DNA of 64,000 nucleotides from Escherichia coli (GTDB lineage Bacteria; Pseudomonadota; Gammaproteobacteria; Enterobacterales; Enterobacteriaceae): NCBI RefSeq assembly GCF_009931435.1, contig NZ_CP043414.1; one strand, 5' to 3'. Shown piece by piece: positions 53,830 to 64,000 of this stretch (position 1 is its first letter; each line of letters starts with the position of its first letter). The notes under the pieces were generated by a model. It saw only the letters and a program-made list of their open reading frames with translations, ran no database searches and was not told where the DNA came from. The position numbers and the translations under genes were made by a program.

Positions 53830-54831
53830 ATGAGTAAAGTTGGTATTAACGGTTTTGGTCGTATCGGTCGACTGGTGTTGCGTCGATTACTTGAAGTCAA
53901 AAGCAACATAGACATTGTCGCTATTAATGATCTCACTTCCCCAAAAATTCTCGCCTACCTGCTGAAACATGATTCAAACTACGGACCGTTCCCCTGGAGC
54001 GTTGATTTTACGGAAGATTCACTTATCGTTGACGGGAAAAGTATCGCGGTTTACGCCGAAAAAGAGGCTAAAAATATTCCATGGAAAGCGAAAGGCGCAG
54101 AAATCATTGTCGAATGTACTGGCTTTTATACCTCCGCCGAGAAATCGCAGGCGCACCTTTATGCTGGTGCGAAGAAGGTGTTGATTTCCGCCCCTGCCGG
54201 TGAAATGAAAACCATCGTTTATAACGTCAATGACGACACACTGGATGGCAACGACACCATTGTTTCCGTGGCGTCATGCACCACTAACTGTCTTGCACCG
54301 ATGGCCAAAGCCTTGCACGACAGTTTCGGAATAGAAGTCGGCACGATGACGACCATTCATGCCTATACTGGCACCCAGTCACTGGTGGATGGCCCGCGAG
54401 GTAAAGATCTACGCGCTTCACGTGCAGCGGCAGAAAATATCATTCCCCACACTACAGGCGCGGCAAAAGCCATTGGTCTGGTGATCCCAGAACTGAGCGG
54501 CAAACTGAAAGGTCATGCGCAACGCGTACCCGTGAAAACAGGTTCGGTGACTGAACTGGTGTCTATTCTTGGAAAAAAAGTGACTGCCGAAGAGGTGAAC
54601 AACGCGCTTAAAAACGCGACAAACAATAACGAGTCATTTGGTTATACCGATGAAGAAATAGTCTCTTCTGATATCATTGGCAGCCATTTCGGGTCGGTGT
54701 TTGATGCCACGCAAACCGAAATTACCGCCGTGGGCGATTTACAGCTGGTGAAAACGGTCGCCTGGTATGATAACGAATATGGCTTCGTCACGCAGCTTAT
54801 TCGCACCCTCGAAAAATTCGCTAAACTCTGA
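53830..54831 (+). CDS. gapC: Glyceraldehyde-3-phosphate dehydrogenase C (intact reading frame)
   Basis: 333-aa uninterrupted ORF; NAD-binding NGFGRIGR and active-site SCTTNCLAP motifs. Confidence 0.88.
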   Translation: MSKVGINGFGRIGRLVLRRLLEVKSNIDIVAINDLTSPKILAYLLKHDSNYGPFPWSVDFTEDSLIVDGKSIAVYAEKEAKNIPWKAKGAEIIVECTGFYTSAEKSQAHLYAGAKKVLISAPAGEMKTIVYNVNDDTLDGNDTIVSVASCTTNCLAPMAKALHDSFGIEVGTMTTIHAYTGTQSLVDGPRGKDLRASRAAAENIIPHTTGAAKAIGLVIPELSGKLKGHAQRVPVKTGSVTELVSILGKKVTAEEVNNALKNATNNNESFGYTDEEIVSSDIIGSHFGSVFDATQTEITAVGDLQLVKTVAWYDNEYGFVTQLIRTLEKFAKL

Positions 54832-54840
54832 CGAGCAAAG

Positions 54841-54871
54841 GCGGAGGGAAAAGCCTCCGCCTCTTTCACTC
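54841..54871. terminator. Bidirectional terminator between gapC and aldA (aaggcggagggaaaagcctccgcctcttt)
   Basis: Perfect GC-rich stem with T-run. Confidence 0.6.
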
Positions 54872-54872
54872 A

Positions 54873-56312
54873 TTACGACTGTAAATAAACCACCTGGGTC
54901 TGCAGGTATTCATGCAAGCCATGTTTACCATCTGCGCCGCCAATACCGGATTTACGCCATCCGGCGTGGAATCCTTGCATAGCTTCGAAGTTTTCACGGT
55001 TGATGTAAGTTTCACCAAACTTCAGCCCTTTAATAGCTTTCATCGCGACGTTCAGGTTTTGGGTATAGAGTGATGAGGTCAGGCCGTAATCACTGTCATT
55101 AGCCATTGCGATAGCCTCTTCCAGCGTGTCAAATGCGACCACTGGCAGCACCGGGCCAAAGGTTTCCTCGTGCATAATCGACATTTCCTGACGAACATCC
55201 AGTAGCAATGTCGGCGGATAATAATATCCTTTCCCCTCTACTGCCTTGCCCCCCAACGCCACTCTCGCCCCCTCTTCGACTGCGCGCGCCACTTTTTGCT
55301 CGACCCTTTCCAGCGCCGCGGCGTTAATCAACGGCCCCATCGCAATATCGTTGCGTTCAGCAGGGTTACCAAATTGAACCGCCTGCATCGCTTCACCCAG
55401 CCGATTGACGAAATGATCATAAATGCCTTTCTGTACATAAACACGTTCTGCACAGTTACACACTTGCCCACTATTAATGACGCGTGAATCAACGATGGCT
55501 TTGACTGCCAGTTCAAGATCGGCATCGTCCATTACGATAGCTGGTGCTTTACCACCCAATTCCAGACACACTTTTGTGATATTTTTTGCTGCAGTCGCCA
55601 TGATCTTTTCACCTGCAGAGACGCTGCCTGTCATACTGACCATTGCGACCTTTGGGTTACCCGCCAGTTCTTGCCCAACGGTTTCACCACGCCCCAGCAC
55701 AAGGTTAAACACACCGCGTGGAAGGCCTATTTCATCGACAATTTTGGCAAAAGCAATCGCATTGTTTGGCGTAAATTCACTGGGTTTAATGACGATGGTA
55801 TTACCGGTCAAAAGAGCGGGAGCCATTTTGCGGGCAATGAGGAAGAACGGGAAGTTCCACGGCAGAATGCCGGTAGTCACGCCAAGCGCACGTTTAAACA
55901 GAAGAATATTTTCTCCTGGACGATCGCTTTGAATAATCTCGCCTTCATAACGCCGTGCCCACTCCGCCATGTAATCGATATAGTCCGCAGTAAAAGCCAC
56001 TTCGACTTCAGCCAGCTGCTGGATCTTGCCCCCTTCTTCAACAATCAGCGCACTGATTTCACCTGCGCGTTCGCGGATCCCGGCGGAGATTTTGCGCAAC
56101 CAACTGGCGCGTTCAATGGCAGGCAACGCTTCCCATTCTGGTTGTGCACGTTCTGCTGCATCGATTGCCTTACGGGCATCCTCGGCCTGACCATCGGGAA
56201 TGCGGGAAATGACCGCCTCTGTAGCAGGGTTTACCACATCAATCCATGCGTCTCCACGCCAGGTAACAAACTGTCCATCTATATACATAGGATGTTGAAC
56301 GGGTACTGACAT
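54873..56312 (-). CDS. aldA: Lactaldehyde dehydrogenase
   Basis: 479-aa aldehyde dehydrogenase family protein; order gapC-aldA-ydcF. Confidence 0.92.
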   Translation of the reverse strand: MSVPVQHPMYIDGQFVTWRGDAWIDVVNPATEAVISRIPDGQAEDARKAIDAAERAQPEWEALPAIERASWLRKISAGIRERAGEISALIVEEGGKIQQLAEVEVAFTADYIDYMAEWARRYEGEIIQSDRPGENILLFKRALGVTTGILPWNFPFFLIARKMAPALLTGNTIVIKPSEFTPNNAIAFAKIVDEIGLPRGVFNLVLGRGETVGQELAGNPKVAMVSMTGSVSAGEKIMATAAKNITKVCLELGGKAPAIVMDDADLELAVKAIVDSRVINSGQVCNCAERVYVQKGIYDHFVNRLGEAMQAVQFGNPAERNDIAMGPLINAAALERVEQKVARAVEEGARVALGGKAVEGKGYYYPPTLLLDVRQEMSIMHEETFGPVLPVVAFDTLEEAIAMANDSDYGLTSSLYTQNLNVAMKAIKGLKFGETYINRENFEAMQGFHAGWRKSGIGGADGKHGLHEYLQTQVVYLQS

Positions 56313-56508
56313 GGGCGACTCCTGTGATTTATATGTTTGCTTTTGGTAAATGCATTGTTAATTAACATCAATCATCATAGAGACGGCATCGTGAAAGGAC
56401 AATTCTGTGAAGGGCTTCATAAAAACAAGTGTAAAAGGAATAAAAGGCAGAAATAAACGTCAGGAGTCATGCCCGTTTGCAAACAAATGGTTAACAAACG
56501 GGCAATTT

Positions 56509-57309
56509 TTAACGTAACGAGCGACTTTCCATCGCCTCGATGAGCACCGCATCGTGTTTCAGCGTTTGCCATGCCTGGATGACTTCTGCCGGAAAATCAA
56601 CGTGAACGATAAAATCTCGCCCGCGGGGACCGTAGCCATCGCTATCATCGCGTAAACGTGGCAGCTCGCCAGTGAGTAGTGAGAGATAACGCTCAACCGG
56701 CCATAATCCTTGCAACGGATTAACAAAGATTACACTGTCTGCGTTGTTTCCTAGCTGAGGAATGAATCCGGGATAACTTAACCAGCGAGGTGCATCTGGA
56801 TTGTCCCCGGTCATACGGCGGAACGTCGCCATCGTGCGCCGCTGCATGGTGGGGTCCTGAACAACGATAGCCGTATGAACTCTTTCTACGGCCTGATTCA
56901 ATAGCGCGATGCTAAAGCGTGCGTTTTCACCGCAGTTTGTTGACTGGTCTTCAATCCAGATTTTTTCATGCGGAATGTGCCAGAACTGATGAGCGATATC
57001 CGCCAGGATGGTAGCTTCTGCTCTGCCAGTGGTGCGGATAGTGTTGTAGTGCGGATGCTGTGCGATGGCGCTATACAAAAAAGTTGTCGAGTGACCGATA
57101 CCACCACTAATCAGTAGAGGAATTTGCTGATCGCGGGCAATCTTACATGCCGCATCGATAGTCGGCATAACCGCATTGCCTGCAAGGATCACGCAATCGG
57201 CCTGATACGGCACCTCACCGGAGAAATCATCCTGCGCCAGCCACTGACCGATAACATTTATGGCATCTATGGTTGCCGGCGAAAGCGTCGGAAACGGGGT
57301 AATGTTCAT
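56509..57309 (-). CDS. ydcF: DUF218-domain protein YdcF
   Basis: 266-aa ORF; GGAGG RBS. Confidence 0.82.
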   Translation of the reverse strand: MNITPFPTLSPATIDAINVIGQWLAQDDFSGEVPYQADCVILAGNAVMPTIDAACKIARDQQIPLLISGGIGHSTTFLYSAIAQHPHYNTIRTTGRAEATILADIAHQFWHIPHEKIWIEDQSTNCGENARFSIALLNQAVERVHTAIVVQDPTMQRRTMATFRRMTGDNPDAPRWLSYPGFIPQLGNNADSVIFVNPLQGLWPVERYLSLLTGELPRLRDDSDGYGPRGRDFIVHVDFPAEVIQAWQTLKHDAVLIEAMESRSLR

Positions 57310-57520
57310 GGTTCCTCCTTATCGTTCCCTTAAGAATACTGCGTGAGATAATAATGAGAAGCGGAGCACTCTGAAAGGAGGAAGTCGTATTTCCTTAACC
57401 GCCACTCCGCAAGCCTGACATATCTTTTAAGGAAATGCTGTAGATAAACATTATTCATCTTGCAGCAGAGAATTGTATTTTTCTGAATTCCTGAATTTTT
57501 GCCCTTACCGTTTTAGAATT

Positions 57521-57556
57521 AATAAAAAACCCGGCGCTAAATGCTTACCGGGTTTT
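57521..57556 (-). terminator. Rho-independent terminator downstream of hrpA
   Basis: Minus-strand hairpin cccggtaagcatttagcgccggg followed by ttttttatt. Confidence 0.55.
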
Positions 57557-57580
57557 AGATTTATCAGGCAAATAGCAGTG

Positions 57581-60500
57581 TTAACCGCTAATCTGCTCCA
57601 TCGCCTGCAAAATACGCTTATCTGAAATCGGATAAGGCGTACCAAGTTGTTGAGCGAAGTAACTAACGCGCAACTCTTCTATCATCCAACGGATCTCTTT
57701 CACGTCTTCATCCTCACGACGTGCAGGCGGCAGTTTGTTGATCCACTGCAGCCACGCCTGCTGGACGTTTTCAACTTTCAGCATCTGAGCACGGTCACGG
57801 TGCGGATCAACCGCCAGTTTTTCCAGACGTTTTTCAATCGCCTGTAAATAACGCAGCGTGTCGCCCAGCCGTTTAAAACCGTTGCCAGTGACAAAACCGC
57901 GATACACCAGCCCGCCCATCTGCGCTTTAATGTCAGAAAGCCCCAGCGCCATAGTCATATCCACCCGCCCTTTCAGGCGTTTGTTGATATTGAACACCGC
58001 TGTGAGGATTTGCTCGACCTGCTTCGCAATATCCACCACCGTGTCGTTCAGTTCAGCGCGCACTTTTTCATGAAGCGCAGCAAAGCCTTCTTCCGTCCAG
58101 ACCGGGCCACCATTGGCGTCGATCAGTTGATCCACACCGCAGGAGATACAGTCGTCTATCAGCTCCAGCACTTTGCCATACGGGTTAAAGTACAGCCCAA
58201 GTTTGGCTTTGTTTGGCAACTTCTCATGCAAATATTTGATTGGCGACGGAATATTCAGCAGCAGTAAACGGCGAAGACCGTTCCACATTGCCTGCTTTTG
58301 CTCCAGCGGGTTATCAAACAGTTTGATCGCCACGCTGTCGCGCTCATCCACCAACGCTGGCCACGCCTTCACTTTGTAGTTGCCACGCTTCTGTTCGTAG
58401 CTTTCCGGCAGTTGCCCAAAACTCCAGATATGTAACCCGCTTTGCTCAATACCATCATCGGCAACGGCGGAAAGCGTTTCCTGCACTTTGCCTTTCAGGG
58501 CGTCTTTCAGATCCTGTAATGAGCGCCCTTCTTTTAGCTTCTTATTTTTGTCATCCACCACACGGAAGGTGATTTTCAGGTGATCGGGCACCTGATCCCA
58601 GTGCCAGTCTTCGCGGTCAACGGTAACGCCGGTCATCCGCCGTAGCTCGCGCTCAAGGCTGTCGAGCAACGGCAGTTCCAGCGGCGTGACGCGACCTAAA
58701 AACGCTTCGGCGTAGTTTGGCGCGGGCACAAAATTACGCCGTACCGGTTTCGGCAACGATTTGATTAGAGCAATCACCAGTTCACGGCGCAGGCCGGGGA
58801 TCTGCCACTCAAACCCGCTTTCCTCAACCTGGTTAAGTAACGGCAGCGGAATATGCACGGTCACACCGTCAGCATCCGCCCCCGGCTCAAACTGATAGCT
58901 TAAACGCAGCTTGAGATTGCCCTGATGCCAGAAGTTCGGGTAATCCAGCTTGCTGATTTTTTCCGCCCCTTCTTTGATCAACATGCTCTTTTCAAAGTTG
59001 AGCAAATCAGGTGTTTCGCGGCTGACTTTTTTCCACCAACTATCAAAGTGTCGTGCAGAGATCACATCATGGCTGATGCGCTGGTCGTAGAACTCAAACA
59101 ACGTTTCGTCATCCACCAGAATATCGCGGCGACGTGATTTGTGTTCCAGTTCTTCCACTTCTGCCCGTAGTTTCAGGTTTTCACGGAAGAATGCGTGACG
59201 CGTCTGCCAGTCACCTTCCACCAGCGCGTGGCGAATAAAAAGTTCACGACACAACGCCGGATCAATCTGGCTGTAGTTGACCTTACGCGCAGCAACAATC
59301 GGCAACCCGTAAACGGTGACTTTTTCAGTTGCCATCACCGCGCCCTGCGCCCGTTCCCAGTGCGGTTCGCTGTAGGAGCGTTTAATCAAATGCTGAGCAA
59401 CTGGCTCCACCCATTCTGGATCGATGCGTGCCGCAATGCGCCCCCACAGGCGGCTGGTTTCTACCAGTTCCGCCACCATTGCCCATTTCGGCGGCTTCTT
59501 GAATAAACCAGAACCGGGGAAGATGGAGAAACGCGCGTTACGTGCGCCGGTATATTCCTGTTTATCGGCATCTTTCATGCCGATATGCGAAAGCAAACCT
59601 GTCAGTAAGGCGATGTGAATTTCGCGATACTCCGCCGGTTCGCTGTTAACCGGAATGCCAAGTTCTTTCACCACCTGGCGCAACTGGGTGTAGATATCCT
59701 GCCATTCGCGCACGCGCAGATAGTTAAGGTAATCGGTACGGCACAGGCGACGGAAGGCGTTTGAAGAGAGCGCCTTTTGCTGCTCGCCGAGATAATTCCA
59801 CAGATTTACAAACGCCAGGAAGTCGGATTCTTTATCGTGAAAGCGACGATGTTTTTCGTCCGATGCCTGCTGCTTGTCCATTGGCCGCTCACGCGGGTCC
59901 TGAATAGAGAGCGCGGAAGTGATAATCATCGCCTCACGCACGCAGCCATGTTTCTGCGCTTCCAGCACCATTCGCGCCAGACGAGGATCGACTGGCAGTT
60001 GCGAGAGCTGGCGACCGAGCGGCGTCAGTTTATAGGCGCTGGCCTGTTCATCAGTGGTGATCGCGCCCAGCTCTTCGAGCAGACGCACGCCATCCTGGAT
60101 ATTGCGTTTATCCGGCGCTTCTACAAACGGGAACGCAGCGATATCGCCCAGCCCCAGCGCGGTCATCTGCAAAATAACCGAGGCCAGGTTGGTACGCAGA
60201 ATCTCCGGATCGGTAAACTCCGGGCGCGAGAGGAAATCGTCTTCGGAATAAAGACGAATGCAGATCCCTTCTGACACACGACCACAGCGGCCTTTACGCT
60301 GATTAGCTGAAGCCTGCGAAATGGGCTCAATCGGCAGACGCTGCACTTTGGTGCGATAGCTGTAGCGGCTGATACGCGCCGTACCTGGGTCGATAACGTA
60401 TTTAATCCCCGGCACAGTCAGCGAGGTTTCCGCGACGTTAGTCGCCAGCACAATGCGCCGTCCGCTGTGCGACTGGAAGACGCGGTTCTGCTCGCTGTTC

Positions 60501-61483
60501 GAAAGCCGTGCATAAAGCGGAAGAATTTCCGTATGGCGTAAGTTCAGCTTGTTCAGCGCATCGGCGGTATCGCGAATTTCTCGCTCGCCGCTCATAAAAA
60601 TCAGAATGTCGCCAGGGCTTTCCTGACTCAGTTCGTCTACGGCGTCAAAAATCGCCTGCAACTGGTCGCGCTCGGTGTCATCAGCTTCTTCAACAATCGG
60701 GCGATAGCGCACCTCCACCGGATAGGTACGACCGGAGACTTCGATAATCGGCGCATTATTAAAGTGGCGCGAAAAGCGTTCCGGGTCGATAGTCGCGGAA
60801 GTGATAATGATTTTTAGGTCAGGACGCCGCGGCAGTAACTCTTTCAAATAACCGAGGAGAAAATCGATATTCAGGCTACGTTCGTGCGCTTCGTCAATAA
60901 TGATAGTGTCGTACTGCATCAGCAGGCGGTCTTGCTGGATCTCTGCCAGCAGGATACCGTCGGTCATCAGCTTGACCATCGTGTTATCACTGACGTGATC
61001 GCTGAAACGCACTTTATACCCGATGCAACCGCCCGGCTCCGTTTGCAGCTCTTCCGCAATACGGTTCGCCACCGTTCGTGCCGCCAGACGACGCGGCTGG
61101 GTATGGCCGATCAGCCCTTTAATCCCGCGGCCCAGTTCCATACAGATTTTCGGTAACTGAGTCGTTTTACCGGAACCCGTTTCCCCGGCGACGATCACCA
61201 CCTGGTGATCACGGATTGCTTCGAGAATGTCCTGCTTTTTCTGACTAACCGGCAAATTGTCCGGATAAGTGATTTCCGGTCGTGCTGCTTCACGCAGCAG
61301 GACTTTCCCTGCCGCCTGGTCAATCTCTTTCGCCATCTCCTGGAAAATGGCCTGTTGTGCATCAGGATTTTTAACCTTCTTCACACCATGCAGACGGCGG
61401 GAAAAACGCAGTCTGTCACGCAGCATCAGCGAATCCAACCGTTGCTGCAAGGCCGTAAAGGTCAATTTTTGTTGTTCTGTCAT
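57581..61483 (-). CDS. hrpA: ATP-dependent RNA helicase HrpA (DEAH-box)
   Basis: 1300 aa; Walker A GETGSGKTTQ and DEAH (IIIDEAHER) motifs. Confidence 0.95.
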   Translation of the reverse strand: MTEQQKLTFTALQQRLDSLMLRDRLRFSRRLHGVKKVKNPDAQQAIFQEMAKEIDQAAGKVLLREAARPEITYPDNLPVSQKKQDILEAIRDHQVVIVAGETGSGKTTQLPKICMELGRGIKGLIGHTQPRRLAARTVANRIAEELQTEPGGCIGYKVRFSDHVSDNTMVKLMTDGILLAEIQQDRLLMQYDTIIIDEAHERSLNIDFLLGYLKELLPRRPDLKIIITSATIDPERFSRHFNNAPIIEVSGRTYPVEVRYRPIVEEADDTERDQLQAIFDAVDELSQESPGDILIFMSGEREIRDTADALNKLNLRHTEILPLYARLSNSEQNRVFQSHSGRRIVLATNVAETSLTVPGIKYVIDPGTARISRYSYRTKVQRLPIEPISQASANQRKGRCGRVSEGICIRLYSEDDFLSRPEFTDPEILRTNLASVILQMTALGLGDIAAFPFVEAPDKRNIQDGVRLLEELGAITTDEQASAYKLTPLGRQLSQLPVDPRLARMVLEAQKHGCVREAMIITSALSIQDPRERPMDKQQASDEKHRRFHDKESDFLAFVNLWNYLGEQQKALSSNAFRRLCRTDYLNYLRVREWQDIYTQLRQVVKELGIPVNSEPAEYREIHIALLTGLLSHIGMKDADKQEYTGARNARFSIFPGSGLFKKPPKWAMVAELVETSRLWGRIAARIDPEWVEPVAQHLIKRSYSEPHWERAQGAVMATEKVTVYGLPIVAARKVNYSQIDPALCRELFIRHALVEGDWQTRHAFFRENLKLRAEVEELEHKSRRRDILVDDETLFEFYDQRISHDVISARHFDSWWKKVSRETPDLLNFEKSMLIKEGAEKISKLDYPNFWHQGNLKLRLSYQFEPGADADGVTVHIPLPLLNQVEESGFEWQIPGLRRELVIALIKSLPKPVRRNFVPAPNYAEAFLGRVTPLELPLLDSLERELRRMTGVTVDREDWHWDQVPDHLKITFRVVDDKNKKLKEGRSLQDLKDALKGKVQETLSAVADDGIEQSGLHIWSFGQLPESYEQKRGNYKVKAWPALVDERDSVAIKLFDNPLEQKQAMWNGLRRLLLLNIPSPIKYLHEKLPNKAKLGLYFNPYGKVLELIDDCISCGVDQLIDANGGPVWTEEGFAALHEKVRAELNDTVVDIAKQVEQILTAVFNINKRLKGRVDMTMALGLSDIKAQMGGLVYRGFVTGNGFKRLGDTLRYLQAIEKRLEKLAVDPHRDRAQMLKVENVQQAWLQWINKLPPARREDEDVKEIRWMIEELRVSYFAQQLGTPYPISDKRILQAMEQISG

Positions 61484-61674
61484 AACGTTAGTGGGCAGTT
61501 GGCTGCCTGATTAATTTTCTTTTAAATGATAGATATAGAGTACCACATCGCGGCTTTCTATGCGTTGTTCAATAAATTCGAACATAGGCTTCGATTTATT
61601 GCGCTATCTCTGTGGCAGGATTGTGAATAAAGTGTCAACAAGCAACGGGGCATCGCCCATTCAAACATCTATAA

Positions 61675-62289
<615 letters not shown>

Positions 62290-62342
62290 CCGGACACTAT
62301 TTTGATGTGGACTGTAGATATTCAGTCCACATCTCAATCCAC

Positions 62343-64000
<1,658 letters not shown>

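Overview
This window reads as an Escherichia coli chromosomal segment, syntenic (from memory, not database-checked) with the K-12 interval narY-narW-narV-yddE-nhoA-yddH ... hrpA-azoR-ynbD-ynbC. Most of it is ordinary core genome: the nitrate reductase Z tail, ansP, yncE/yncD, mcbR, curA, the ydcSTUV-patD ABC transporter cluster, ydcR, ydcP, tehAB, opgD, trg, the hokB/mokB toxin locus, rydC, cybB, gapC, aldA and hrpA. Two accessory blocks stand out. (1) At about 4.9-15.5 kb, an AT-rich island on the minus strand carries vgrG, a full-length PAAR-Rhs gene whose C-terminal domain has an HExxH (zinc-metallopeptidase-like) motif, a tightly coupled signal-peptide immunity candidate, a duplicated Rhs 5' start remnant, a decayed H-repeat (ISAs1-family) transposase gene and an orphan 240-aa ORF; the Rhs frame is broken by an apparent 1-nt deletion. 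(2) At about 32.5-37.0 kb, two hicB-homologous fragments flank roughly 4.3 kb of foreign DNA containing an IS911-like IS3-family element inserted into a small ORF, a lambda-Nu1-like HTH protein with an acidic tail, small hydrophobic peptides and a secreted DUF1311-like protein; no hicA was found. Gene names rest on recalled protein sequences and gene order, and all coordinates come from manual reading of the supplied ORF track and sequence. Several ORF-track starts are GTG/TTG codons shown as M, and I moved starts where an ATG with a ribosome-binding site or the recalled K-12 length indicated it.
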